Origin: a virus
Lineage: Duplodnaviria > Caudoviricetes
Direction: 5' to 3' (one strand)
DNA: 56,574 bases
IMG/VR virus record: IMGVR_UViG_3300020151_001596
Location: 1 to 56,574 of that record
Part shown: piece after piece, positions 18,874 to 29,998 of the stretch
How the letters are laid out: each line of letters begins with the position of its first letter
How positions within the stretch are numbered: the stretch's first letter is position 1
The notes under the pieces: generated by a model
What the model was told of the DNA's origin: nothing
What the model saw: only the letters and a program-made list of their open reading frames with translations
The model's database searches: none
Position numbers and translations under genes: made by a program

Positions 18874-21800
18874 ATGGCAGCGATAAGTTCATCTTATAAT
18901 ATATTTTTCGGGACAGCATCCTGGAATGACCCTTCAATATGGATTGGGGGTATAGTACCTACAGCTAGTGATGATGTGATGATTCAGGGAATGAGATTTA
19001 CAAATAGATCTTTTGATAGCCCTCTTAACACTCAAACCCCACAACAAACAATAGCTTATGGTTTACAATATTGGACAGGTTCTAGAGATATTGCTGTTTA
19101 TCAAGAAACAACAACAGGATCTGGTATAGTTCCTTCAAATGGATTTCCATTTCCTCAAACCGGTTCTTTATTTACTTTTAATAATAGAAATGCATTAATT
19201 AAAATTGACTATAAAGGATACCACTTTTCAGGTTCAGGACAAGGTAGTATGTTTAGAAGTTGTTCTGTAGATACTAATTTTTGGCCTTGGGCATCTGCCT
19301 CATTTCCAAACGATGAACCCTTACCTTCAGATAAAGGTGGATTTATTCCATATGATTATGGATACTTTTACTTCCAACCAGGTGTAATTTCAATATCAGG
19401 TTCAGATCAAGTAGATCTTTTTAGAGTTACCATTCAAAACGGTGGTAAATTACACATACAAGATAGTGCATCTGTTAGATTAAGAAATTATATTCAAGTA
19501 AATGATGGTGAACTAAAAGTATCAGGATCTGTAACTATTGCTTATGATAATCCATGGACAGGTTCAGTTAACGGTCAAATTACAGATTTGAGACAAATGA
19601 CTTACATTTCTCAATCTTGGTATTATTTTTCAACAGTTGAATTTACAGGACCTGAAGTAAGATTAAATACAAGTTTAACATCAAGCGCTTCTGTAGGTGA
19701 TTCTTATTTAACAGTAAAAAACACTTCATCATTTGCAGTAGGTGATTATGTATTTGTTGGAGAAGATGAACCAGCAACACCAAGAAAAGATTATGGGTGG
19801 AGAGATCAACAAAACTATCCATATTATAGTGAACCATCAAGTGAGGATGAGGCTTTTTATGTAGCTGGAAAATCAAATGATAAACTTTATGTTCAAAGAG
19901 TAAATGGTATCTATGCTGAAGTATTAGCTTCTTCAAGTGCTACTCAATGGATTGTAGATGAGGAAAGATTTAATATTGGGGATAAAGTAGTAATTAATAA
20001 CCAAACAGCTACTATTACTAATGTAGAGGATTATGATTTATTATTAAATGATTATGATTTTACACATCCAACGGCTTCATTAGCTAATTATGAAACCTCA
20101 AACCTAAAAGGAGCTCCTCTTAGAGGATGGACATTAATTCCTGGAATAGGAGTTGTTCCTAGACCAAAACAAGAAGGAGCTACTACTGATATTAAATGGA
20201 CTATGGATAAAACCGTAGTTAGAGATAAAGTAAAATATGAGGTTTGGATGTATAACAAACCACCACAAATTACAGGAAGCACCCCAGGAACTAATATTAG
20301 TTATAATAACTTATTCCCAGATAACTACGATAAATTATATGATTCTTTTGGTATTTTTATAAACTCAGAATTAGGTTTTGATGATCAAGCCCAATATGTT
20401 TTTCCATTTGAAAACCAACCTAACTACGCTGGGATGTTCAGAACATACTTGGGAGTTAATGCCTCTAGAGGATATTATTGGTTAACTCCAAGATATGATG
20501 TTGGAGGTACTATTTCAAATAGTTTAGATTTAACAAATTGTGGATTTAAATCACCTAATTATTTAGGATTATATAAATTTGGATTAGAATATTCAAAAGG
20601 ATTTATTAAAGGATATATTAATGATACTTTAGTTGTTGATCAAGTAGCAATAAATGGTGGTACTTGGGGTAGAAATGGATTTTACACATGGGCCACTCCA
20701 ATATTTGTTACTCGTACTAGAGCATATGCTAAATGTCAACGTATTACTTTAAATACAGGTATAACAGCGAGTGTAGGAGATACATTTTATGAAACCGGAG
20801 TAGAATTTGCACATCCAACAGGAAGTCAAGTAATTAAAATAGCATCGGTTGTTACAGATTTATTAGACCATACTAATTTAGCCCATGCTTATGCTGGTAC
20901 TAATGAATACTCTAATTCAGGAAACAATCCTTATATTTATCAAGTATTTGCAGCAGATACTCAAAGTAATTATCTTTATCCTGACCGAAATGTATCCCAA
21001 CTTTTACACCAAGAGTCAAGATATGATCTATATGCTGATTTATTTGCTGGAACAGGATTTCAAAATAAAAATATAACAATAGATTTAATTGTTCCAACAA
21101 CTTTTTCAAATGCTGGATTTACTGAATATTATTATACTTACGGACAACAATTAAACAATCCAATTAACCCTCCCGCTATATCAGGTAGTTTAGATGCTAT
21201 TACATGGTTCCCAATTACCGGAGGTATTGATAATAGACAAAGAATTCACTATGATGGAATTAGAGATTGGAACTTTTCTCCAGTAGTTTATCGTTATATA
21301 AGATTTAATTTTAATGGTAATCCATATCATTCAAACAATAACCATATTAGAAATCTATATGTAAGAAATTTTGCTTCGGGTTCTAATAATCCTAGACTTA
21401 AAGTAACTAATACATCTGATTTTAATGTAGGAGACCATATTGCTGTTTTATCTTCTAACCAAGTTAATACAAATGTATATTCAAATACATCTCATATAAC
21501 TCCATTTATTAATGCTAACTCTAGTTCTCAAGATATATTAGATTATTATCCTGATCACTATACAGTAAAACAAGTATCTGGAAGTTTTATAGTTTTAGAT
21601 AGAATTATAAATAAATATCCACTTGCCAAAGGTTCTATGATTGTAAAATTAAACAGAGGTTTAAGTATTACAGGTTCATGGACTTCTGGCTCATACAGAT
21701 CAGGTGGAGGTATTATATCTGATTTACCAGGTGTTGGATATTATTTAAATAGTATAAAAATAAAAAATGTTGCTTATCAACATTTAAATGTTTCTACCCC

Positions 21801-23196
21801 ATATTGGCCAACTAATAACCAATCAACTCAAGGACACTTAGGAGGAGATGGATTTAAAAAGCTAATTTTCCAAGGAAATTCTATGTACAATACTTGGAAC
21901 GGATTCCAACCAGCAAATCCTTATTGGTTTTGGCAACAAGAAACATGGATTGGATCACCAGTAAGAATGGTTAGACATAATGCTTTCATTAATATGCAAA
22001 GTGGATTAGGAAACTGGGGAAGACAAACTGGAACTAATGGACCTAAAATATTTACAGGAAATGTAATATCAAGTTATTATACAGCCCCTGGTTCCAACAA
22101 CCAACATTATACCTCTATTTCTTACAATATATGGAACGCTGCTGATCAAATGTTTAGTGGAATGGGCCCAGATAATAGTGGTCCATCTTATTATACTGGA
22201 AAACAATATGGTTATGCCGGAAAGTATTTATCTATAAGAAACTATGGTTTATCTATAGGATCTATTCATAACCTATATTATCCGTTATCAACCATTTATG
22301 AAAGAAGAGGTAGTGTAATTATTAGAAATAATGGATTTAGTAATGCATATTATGGAGGAGGAGGAACAGCTTATAGTCCTGATTTTGCATTTGCCGAACA
22401 TATTTGGCCAAAACGTGGTGGATTGGATTTTTCCTCTACTCGTAAAATGACCTTTAGTTCTAACTATGATGCTTATTATCCCTTCTCAATGGGTGATTAT
22501 GTAGAAAATGGTTTACCTAACCAATATTTAAAAAACTTTAATAGATGGGGATATGATATTTGGACAACTACAAAAGGTTATTGGTTACAATATCCTAACT
22601 TAAATTATCTTAAATATTATCCTATTATGATGGAAGCTGGTAGATTAGTTAGACCATACTATTCAATCCTTTCAGCAGGTGCTCAAGTATTGACTAATAC
22701 TACAGCTTCATTTACTATTAATTTTGATTACTATAATAGTATAGAACAAATTACTCAATTGACTGCTTTCCCTTCGCAAAGTATAGATACAAACTTATTT
22801 CCTCAAGATAGAGATGAATGGGTTAAAAAAGGTAATAATGCCGCCGCGTTAACATTGATATTTACTAAAGATGGTAGTAGTATGTTGCCTAATGGTGCTC
22901 CTTTTGAAATTATTCCAAAATCTAAAGATTGGACTTCTTATTCTAAAACATTTAGTTTTGAAGGTAAAGGAGTTTACTATATATCTATCACTAGTGAGGC
23001 ATATAAAGGTCACGTAGGATTTAAAGGATTAGATAGTGTATTTAAATCATTAAGTGCCGATGATGGATTCTTAACATTTAATGCTTTTACCCAGAAAAAC
23101 TTTACTTTAAACGAAGATAAAACAATTAGAAAAGCAACTACTGTATATGGTGCACCTGAATCGAAATTTAGATTAAAAGGAGCAAGATTATATTAA
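18874..23196 (+). CDS. Giant beta-rich virion appendage/receptor-binding-like protein (paralog A)
   Basis: 1440 aa; G8-like N-terminus (W....W.GG.VPTASD), discoidin-like YRYIRF segment, beta-helix-like C-terminal half. Confidence 0.65.
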   Translation: MAAISSSYNIFFGTASWNDPSIWIGGIVPTASDDVMIQGMRFTNRSFDSPLNTQTPQQTIAYGLQYWTGSRDIAVYQETTTGSGIVPSNGFPFPQTGSLFTFNNRNALIKIDYKGYHFSGSGQGSMFRSCSVDTNFWPWASASFPNDEPLPSDKGGFIPYDYGYFYFQPGVISISGSDQVDLFRVTIQNGGKLHIQDSASVRLRNYIQVNDGELKVSGSVTIAYDNPWTGSVNGQITDLRQMTYISQSWYYFSTVEFTGPEVRLNTSLTSSASVGDSYLTVKNTSSFAVGDYVFVGEDEPATPRKDYGWRDQQNYPYYSEPSSEDEAFYVAGKSNDKLYVQRVNGIYAEVLASSSATQWIVDEERFNIGDKVVINNQTATITNVEDYDLLLNDYDFTHPTASLANYETSNLKGAPLRGWTLIPGIGVVPRPKQEGATTDIKWTMDKTVVRDKVKYEVWMYNKPPQITGSTPGTNISYNNLFPDNYDKLYDSFGIFINSELGFDDQAQYVFPFENQPNYAGMFRTYLGVNASRGYYWLTPRYDVGGTISNSLDLTNCGFKSPNYLGLYKFGLEYSKGFIKGYINDTLVVDQVAINGGTWGRNGFYTWATPIFVTRTRAYAKCQRITLNTGITASVGDTFYETGVEFAHPTGSQVIKIASVVTDLLDHTNLAHAYAGTNEYSNSGNNPYIYQVFAADTQSNYLYPDRNVSQLLHQESRYDLYADLFAGTGFQNKNITIDLIVPTTFSNAGFTEYYYTYGQQLNNPINPPAISGSLDAITWFPITGGIDNRQRIHYDGIRDWNFSPVVYRYIRFNFNGNPYHSNNNHIRNLYVRNFASGSNNPRLKVTNTSDFNVGDHIAVLSSNQVNTNVYSNTSHITPFINANSSSQDILDYYPDHYTVKQVSGSFIVLDRIINKYPLAKGSMIVKLNRGLSITGSWTSGSYRSGGGIISDLPGVGYYLNSIKIKNVAYQHLNVSTPYWPTNNQSTQGHLGGDGFKKLIFQGNSMYNTWNGFQPANPYWFWQQETWIGSPVRMVRHNAFINMQSGLGNWGRQTGTNGPKIFTGNVISSYYTAPGSNNQHYTSISYNIWNAADQMFSGMGPDNSGPSYYTGKQYGYAGKYLSIRNYGLSIGSIHNLYYPLSTIYERRGSVIIRNNGFSNAYYGGGGTAYSPDFAFAEHIWPKRGGLDFSSTRKMTFSSNYDAYYPFSMGDYVENGLPNQYLKNFNRWGYDIWTTTKGYWLQYPNLNYLKYYPIMMEAGRLVRPYYSILSAGAQVLTNTTASFTINFDYYNSIEQITQLTAFPSQSIDTNLFPQDRDEWVKKGNNAAALTLIFTKDGSSMLPNGAPFEIIPKSKDWTSYSKTFSFEGKGVYYISITSEAYKGHVGFKGLDSVFKSLSADDGFLTFNAFTQKNFTLNEDKTIRKATTVYGAPESKFRLKGARLY

Positions 23197-23227
23197 TAAG
23201 TCAAAAAGATTAAATATTTATAAAAGT

Positions 23228-23476
23228 ATGAACGATGTAATTAAAATTTTAGGAGAAAGATGGACATATGTTTACTCCGCTATGGGGTATGGTAATTGGG
23301 GTTATAATAAAGATAACTACGAATTTACTTCAAATAATATGGTGTCATTTTCACCAACAGAAATAGATGATAAAATTGCTGAATTAGAAAGCGGTTTAGA
23401 TCCAAAAGATCCTAATAGTGCTGAACTTCAAAACGCAATATTATATTTAAGAAAAATTAAAGATAAAATCGGATAA
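23228..23476 (+). CDS. Small hypothetical protein
   Basis: 82 aa between the two giant paralogs; ATATTTATA at 23214. Confidence 0.55.
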   Translation: MNDVIKILGERWTYVYSAMGYGNWGYNKDNYEFTSNNMVSFSPTEIDDKIAELESGLDPKDPNSAELQNAILYLRKIKDKIG

Positions 23477-23478
23477 TA

Positions 23479-26400
23479 ATGCCAATTAGATACTCAATAT
23501 CAGGTTCATATTTTGGTTCAGCTAGCTGGGACAACCCAGCTATTTGGTATGGAGGTATAGTACCTACAGCTAGTGACCAAGTTTATATCCAAGGTATAAG
23601 AACAACAATTAACAACGCTCCTGCAGGATATTATCCTTGGTTAGGTCAACAAACCCTAATTGTTGCTAATACTGCCTCTTTACCACCTTCAGGCTCAATT
23701 TATACTTACACTGATAGAGATGAAGAAATTAAAATTAATTATTTAGCAATTAGTGCTAGTAATAGATTATTGAGTTGTTCTATTGATACTTCATTTTATT
23801 CTTGGAGTTTAGATATATTCCCTATTACAGAATCTTTACCATCTAGAAAAGGTGGTACTATTCCTAATGGTGCTTCTGTATATTTTAAACCAGGTACTAT
23901 CCTTATTACTTCTAGTATGGTAGTTTCTGCATCTAACGATTATATTAACGATAGATCAGCAATTTACATTTACCAAGGAGGTGCTGTAAGTTTACAAAGT
24001 GGAAGTACTTTATCTGTTTATGGAAGAGTTTATGTTGAAGATGGAGAACTAACAGCAACAGGTTCAGCATTATATAAGTTTGATAGACATAACATAACTT
24101 CGTCTGATGATAACCGTTTAACTTACTTTACAGGTTTAGTAGGAGCTAACTTTCAATATCAAAAGATAGTTTTTGATGGTCCTGAAGTAAGAACTAATAC
24201 AATATTATCTCAAAGTGTAGCTGTAGGTGATACGTTTCTTACAGTAAGTAGCTCTAATGGATTTGAAGTTGGTGACCATATTTTTGTTGGTGTAAATAAT
24301 TTTAGTCAATCTAGAACAGATAACGGATTAACAGGTAGAACTATTGCTGTACCTAGTTCCTCATATGATGAAGTATTTGAAGTAGCTTTTAAAGCTACAG
24401 GTAGTCGTTTATACGTTAAACGTATGAATGGTTTAGAAGGTAATATTTTAGCTACAGCTTCATCTACTCAATTAATAGTAGATGAAAAAAGATTTAAAAC
24501 CGGAGATAAAGTTGTAATTAACGGTCAAGTAAGAACAGTAACATCAGCTTCTACTTATGAATTACAAGTAGCTGATTATGATTTCCAATCAGGTGCAACT
24601 TTAGCTGATTGGGAAACAGATATTACTCGTTCATTCTGGAATAATGACTGGACTTTATATCCTGGTTTAGGATTAGCACAATTTACTACAGTACAATATC
24701 GACATTTGTTTATTAAAAACTTAATGTTAGATGATGTTAAAGTAGAAGCATGGGTTTCTAACTTAAGAAACATAACAAATGGTTCTGGTAGTAGAGCATC
24801 TTATGGTATTCATATTCAAGCTGAACCACAATCAGACTATGATTATACGGGTCCTACATCAACACCAACAGGTTGGCCATTAAGAACATCATTTGTAGTT
24901 GATCCATTTAACGCTAGAATGTTTTTAAGACAAAAATGGGCTGGACATACTTTAAATGATCAAATATATACTAGTAGTTTTGCTCAAGATGGATTTAAAA
25001 AACTTACATTAGAAACAGAAAACGGATTTGTTAGAGCATATGTTAACGATACCTTATTTACTGAAGAAATCATTCGTAGTGGTGGTGCCACATGGGGCCG
25101 TGTAGGTTTGTTTACTGACGGTAATAACTGTGTAGTATGCACTAGATTTAGAGTTTACCGTAAGTGTGAGTTACTAACTTTAGATGCGCCTACAACGGTA
25201 GCTATTGGAGATAAAGTAATAGAAACAGGAGCAGAATATGCTCACAATGCTAATGATCGTGTAATTAAATTATTATCTGTAGTAACAGATCCTGCAGAAC
25301 ACGTTAACTATGCTATGGCATATAGAGGTGCGGCAGATTATACAACAAATAACCCCGCAAGTGCTAGTACAAATATGTCAGGTAGTTTTCCTTATATATT
25401 TGCAAACAATGCTTGGGGTACTACAGCTTCTAAAACACAAGATACTTTCAATTTCTGGAGATTATTACCTGATTATAATAGAAACTATTATGATTATGGT
25501 CAAAACCAATTTACTAGAAGTGTTGTTATTGATTTAGGTCAACCTGTAACATTTAACAATTTTGGTTTTATTGAAGATTATCTTAATGCTGGTCAAAACT
25601 GGACAAGCTCAAGAGGTATTCAAATTTCAGGTAGTAATACTATTACAGGTTCATTTGTAACAGCTTCTGATTGGGTTCCATTAACATCATCATTTATTGA
25701 TGAAAGATGGAGAGCATCAGGCGAAACATTTAGAGGATTTAGAATTGGAGGACCTCATACTTACAGATTTGTAAGAATTGAATGGAATGGTGGTAATACT
25801 AGAGCAGCTTCTCCTGGATACAATAGAATTAGAGGATTACGTTTAAGATATAACGTATCTAATAGTTTACAGTTAAATAATACTTCTGATATGAATATTG
25901 GAGATGAGGTATTAATTATTTCCAAAAACAATACAGCTTATAACTACCGAAATATTTTAGATTACACAAATAATTTATTTGGTACAACAGCAAGTGCTGC
26001 TCAATTTGTAGATCAAATGAAACAACATTATACTATTGCTAACAAGAGCGGTAGTATGATCTATTTAGATAGACCATTTGAAGAAGGTGATATTGAAAAA
26101 GGTGCTCTTGTAGTTAAAGTTAATAGAATAATGAATTTTTCCGGCTCAATGGACTCAGGTTCAGGTAACTGGAAAATGGGTAAAATTTATATTGCGGGAG
26201 GTAACAACTACCTACCAGTAAGAAGAATTAAATTTAATAACGTTGCCTTCCAACACCTTAACTATTACTGGCCCGGTGGAGGTTCATATGATACTTATGC
26301 TTTAAACGGATTTTGTTTTAGAGATCATAATAGAGAAAACTACAATAGTGGTATAACAGGATGTACTACATACAACTGTTTTAACTATGCTGGTTATCCA

Positions 26401-27588
26401 GGATGGTGGTATTACAGAACAGGATATAACTTAAGACATAATGTATTTTCACATATGAATTCAATATTCATTATGGGATCTGAAAACTTTAATGCTGCCC
26501 CTATTATAGTTACTGGTAATGTATTTTATGGATTAAATGGTATTTCGGGTGTTCAACAAAACGCGGCTATGAACTTGTTTAGTTACAATTTTAACATGAC
26601 CTCAGATTGGATTGCTCCTGGTTATAATCCTCGTTCAGTAGCCGGTCAATATGCTAACTATACTACTACTTTAATTATTAAAAGAAACAAAATTTCAGGA
26701 ACAAGAGCTCAATGGTTAGGTCAAAGTTATACTGATAATATTGGTAGCCAACATTTTTATAATGTAGATAGTAATTTAATTGAATATAATGACTATCCAG
26801 GAAGTACTATATACATTTATAACCAAGTAGATAAAGCTCATACTAATCCATTCTTATTACCAAAACGTTTAGGTATGGATGCTAATAGATGGAACGCTTC
26901 TTATTTTCAAAACCAAAACTGGTATCCTCTAATAAACTTAGGTACTTTTGGTACTACAGTAGGTACAGTAGGTAATTATGTTAAAGATTGGAATAGATGG
27001 GGTTATAATAAATGGACTAATAACTATGGTGAATGGATAAAACAACCAAACGATAATTTTTATAAATTCTATAGAAATTCATTAGTTGGTACAGATTACA
27101 AATATCCTTTATTAAACGCAAGTTTCTACTTGGCTGAAGGTGTTTCTGGTAGCTTTGATATAAGCTTTGATTATTATATGGCTAAATCATCTGCAAACTT
27201 AGGTATGAATATGACTTATGCAAGTGGAAGTTTATATATGATTGCTTTAAAAGAAGGATATGAAATGGATAGTATTAGTGGTAGTGCTTATATTTCCGCT
27301 AGAATACCTAAATCTGAAACTCCTATAAACTTTACAAGAACCTATCAACTACAAGGTCCTGGAAACTTTGTAATAGGAATTGGTGGTGCTGATTTCTATA
27401 GTGGATTTGTAGCAATAAATAACGTTTCAAGCCGATTAAATATACCTGATACTGACCAAGCTCAAGTATTTGTTAATAACTTAAATATGAGATACTTTGA
27501 TAAAGGAGATAGATGGGTAGCTAAAACAATGTACACTCAACCAATTAACCAAGCTAAATTTAGATTAAAAGGCGCTAGACTATTCTAA
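23479..27588 (+). CDS. Giant beta-rich virion appendage/receptor-binding-like protein (paralog B)
   Basis: 1369 aa, colinear with 18874..23196 (shared N-terminus, GPEVR.NT, VDE.RF..GDKVVIN, KFRLKGARL C-terminus). Confidence 0.65.
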   Translation: MPIRYSISGSYFGSASWDNPAIWYGGIVPTASDQVYIQGIRTTINNAPAGYYPWLGQQTLIVANTASLPPSGSIYTYTDRDEEIKINYLAISASNRLLSCSIDTSFYSWSLDIFPITESLPSRKGGTIPNGASVYFKPGTILITSSMVVSASNDYINDRSAIYIYQGGAVSLQSGSTLSVYGRVYVEDGELTATGSALYKFDRHNITSSDDNRLTYFTGLVGANFQYQKIVFDGPEVRTNTILSQSVAVGDTFLTVSSSNGFEVGDHIFVGVNNFSQSRTDNGLTGRTIAVPSSSYDEVFEVAFKATGSRLYVKRMNGLEGNILATASSTQLIVDEKRFKTGDKVVINGQVRTVTSASTYELQVADYDFQSGATLADWETDITRSFWNNDWTLYPGLGLAQFTTVQYRHLFIKNLMLDDVKVEAWVSNLRNITNGSGSRASYGIHIQAEPQSDYDYTGPTSTPTGWPLRTSFVVDPFNARMFLRQKWAGHTLNDQIYTSSFAQDGFKKLTLETENGFVRAYVNDTLFTEEIIRSGGATWGRVGLFTDGNNCVVCTRFRVYRKCELLTLDAPTTVAIGDKVIETGAEYAHNANDRVIKLLSVVTDPAEHVNYAMAYRGAADYTTNNPASASTNMSGSFPYIFANNAWGTTASKTQDTFNFWRLLPDYNRNYYDYGQNQFTRSVVIDLGQPVTFNNFGFIEDYLNAGQNWTSSRGIQISGSNTITGSFVTASDWVPLTSSFIDERWRASGETFRGFRIGGPHTYRFVRIEWNGGNTRAASPGYNRIRGLRLRYNVSNSLQLNNTSDMNIGDEVLIISKNNTAYNYRNILDYTNNLFGTTASAAQFVDQMKQHYTIANKSGSMIYLDRPFEEGDIEKGALVVKVNRIMNFSGSMDSGSGNWKMGKIYIAGGNNYLPVRRIKFNNVAFQHLNYYWPGGGSYDTYALNGFCFRDHNRENYNSGITGCTTYNCFNYAGYPGWWYYRTGYNLRHNVFSHMNSIFIMGSENFNAAPIIVTGNVFYGLNGISGVQQNAAMNLFSYNFNMTSDWIAPGYNPRSVAGQYANYTTTLIIKRNKISGTRAQWLGQSYTDNIGSQHFYNVDSNLIEYNDYPGSTIYIYNQVDKAHTNPFLLPKRLGMDANRWNASYFQNQNWYPLINLGTFGTTVGTVGNYVKDWNRWGYNKWTNNYGEWIKQPNDNFYKFYRNSLVGTDYKYPLLNASFYLAEGVSGSFDISFDYYMAKSSANLGMNMTYASGSLYMIALKEGYEMDSISGSAYISARIPKSETPINFTRTYQLQGPGNFVIGIGGADFYSGFVAINNVSSRLNIPDTDQAQVFVNNLNMRYFDKGDRWVAKTMYTQPINQAKFRLKGARLF

Positions 27589-29957
27589 TGGGAAAAGATA
27601 TAAGAATAAAACCCTCATCCAGTATTATCCAATTTTCGGGTAGTACTGGAGAGATTGGAGCTAGTATTGAACTAGATAATGTCGGAAGATTAATACTATC
27701 TTCATCACAAGTTATTATTGGTCCCGGAAACAATGATATATACATTGGTGATGGTACCTCTAGTGCTAATCTTATTTTTGATAGAGATGGTGCTATCAAA
27801 GCTGAATCTGGAAGTGGTGCCCAAATTACTTTAGGTTCAGGTGATTCAAGACTAAACATATCAGGCAGTACAGTTTATATTACTGGTAGTAATGTAGCAA
27901 TTGGACCTTTTAGTTCAAGTTTTGCTAATATTACTAGTGGTTCTATTACAGCAAGTATTAATTCAAACTTTATAACCGCAAGTGTTATAAGCGCAAGTAA
28001 TGCTAGAATTACTAACTTAGTAACTTCTAATTATACTAGTTCTTATATTGCTTTACAACCTGATGGTGCTATTTATTTTAATGATAATACTTTAGCAGTA
28101 GCTGGATTAAAAGCACAAAATTATGTAGATACTGGTTCATTAATTCCTTTTGGAGATACAGCAGGTGATGCTTTTAGAATTTTATCAGCAAGTACAAGTT
28201 GGTTTTTTATAGCATCAGGTTATGATGCAACAGGATCAGTACCACCCTCAACAGGAAGTGTACACTATTTTGGAACAGGTTCAGTATCGGCAAGTGCTTT
28301 TGAATTATTAGGTAATAAAATAAACAGTGTATTAAGTTCTAGTTTATTATTCTATACTATTAATAGTACAATATTTGCCCTTAGTGCATCATTTACTGGA
28401 TCAAGATACAACGGAATTATTTTCCAATCAGGTTCTTATTCAGGTTCAGTTTCAGGTTCTAGTGGTACTTCATTTAATACAATTTTTACATTAGCTGGAG
28501 GTACTAACTACACAGCAAGTTATTTAGATCGTGGTGGTAGTATTTCTTTAGATAACAAAGGAAACATTGTTATTGATAGTGTTTCTGGTAGTGTTTACTT
28601 AGCTAAAGATAAACATGATATCTACATTGGTGATGGTACTAGCTCAGCAAACATAATGTTTGATTTTGATGGTGCTATTAAAGGTGAAGCAGGTAAAAAT
28701 GTAGTTTTAACTATAGGTTCAAGTGATACTACTTTAATTATTACGGGTAGTAGAATTAATTTAGGACCGTTTACAGCATCTTATGCTCAAATATCTGATG
28801 GTAACATTACAGCGAGTGTTGTAAGTTCATCTACATTAATAGGTAATAGTTTATATGTAACATCTTCTGTAAGTGGAGCTAATGCTAGATTTAATACTGG
28901 TAGTTTCGGCTTAATTTCAGGAAGTAGATTAAACTTAAATAATAACAGTGGTATTTTCTTTACAGGTAGCACAGCTACTCCTGGAGCAAGTATTCAATTA
29001 GATAATTTTGGTGATTTAGTACTATCAGCTGTAAGCGGTAACATTAGTATTGGTAACAATACAAACGAAATCTACATTGGTGATGGAACAGGCTCAGCAT
29101 CATTATTGTTTGATACTGGAGGAAATATAAAAACTACTAATGGTAATGCATTATTAATTGGTTCAGCTTCTGCACCTTTATATTTAACAGGTTCAAGTGT
29201 TAATATTCAATCAGGTGGAGGAACAACTACATTTGGTGGTAATATTATATCAATAGGTAATAGCAGTATTACAGGTTCATTTACAGGATCATTTATTGGT
29301 AATGGAGCAGGATTAACTAATTTAAATATATCTTCTTCAAATACATCTGGTTCATTTACTGGTTCATTTGGTGGTACAGGTTCATTAAGATTAGAAACAG
29401 GATCTGTAGGATTATCTTTAGATGTAGCTTCTGATTTCTTAAGATTTTCATCAGGTTCAACTACAAATCTTATAGCCCAACAAGTAGCTGGTACTACAAG
29501 CATGTCTTTTGCTTTTAATACTAGTTCAGCTACAGGTACTACTGGTGCTGCTTTTGATGTAAGAGCAACAGCTATAATTACAAACCCAAATGGTAATAGT
29601 TTTAATGAAAACTTAAGATTACCTGCTGGTGGGAGTGGTTGGTCTTCTATTGTAATGAATGGACCTATTGCAGGATCTGGAAACCAACCTGGAGTATGGT
29701 CAATACTTACTTCACCATCATCATCTGCAACAGGTAGTAATTTAGCAATATATCATGCCGGTACCTCTATTCTTAATATTTATACTTCTAGTTTAGTACA
29801 AATAACATCACCATCAGGAGCAATTTTATCACCAACCCAATCTGCAGTTCCAATATTTAGTGGTTCAGACGGACAATTCCTATTTGGAAATGTTAGTGGA
29901 AACCAAGTAATGTTTGTGTGGATGGCTGGTCGTTGGAGATCAAGTTCATTAGCTTAA
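27588..29957 (+). CDS. Ser/Gly-rich fibre protein with three internal repeats
   Basis: Three I.LDN.G...IYIGDGT.SA...FD..G.IK repeats; TGSFTGSF runs. Confidence 0.65.
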   Translation: MGKDIRIKPSSSIIQFSGSTGEIGASIELDNVGRLILSSSQVIIGPGNNDIYIGDGTSSANLIFDRDGAIKAESGSGAQITLGSGDSRLNISGSTVYITGSNVAIGPFSSSFANITSGSITASINSNFITASVISASNARITNLVTSNYTSSYIALQPDGAIYFNDNTLAVAGLKAQNYVDTGSLIPFGDTAGDAFRILSASTSWFFIASGYDATGSVPPSTGSVHYFGTGSVSASAFELLGNKINSVLSSSLLFYTINSTIFALSASFTGSRYNGIIFQSGSYSGSVSGSSGTSFNTIFTLAGGTNYTASYLDRGGSISLDNKGNIVIDSVSGSVYLAKDKHDIYIGDGTSSANIMFDFDGAIKGEAGKNVVLTIGSSDTTLIITGSRINLGPFTASYAQISDGNITASVVSSSTLIGNSLYVTSSVSGANARFNTGSFGLISGSRLNLNNNSGIFFTGSTATPGASIQLDNFGDLVLSAVSGNISIGNNTNEIYIGDGTGSASLLFDTGGNIKTTNGNALLIGSASAPLYLTGSSVNIQSGGGTTTFGGNIISIGNSSITGSFTGSFIGNGAGLTNLNISSSNTSGSFTGSFGGTGSLRLETGSVGLSLDVASDFLRFSSGSTTNLIAQQVAGTTSMSFAFNTSSATGTTGAAFDVRATAIITNPNGNSFNENLRLPAGGSGWSSIVMNGPIAGSGNQPGVWSILTSPSSSATGSNLAIYHAGTSILNIYTSSLVQITSPSGAILSPTQSAVPIFSGSDGQFLFGNVSGNQVMFVWMAGRWRSSSLA

Positions 29958-29998
29958 ACTATTCTGAACCATTTTAATATTTATAACAGAATATTACT

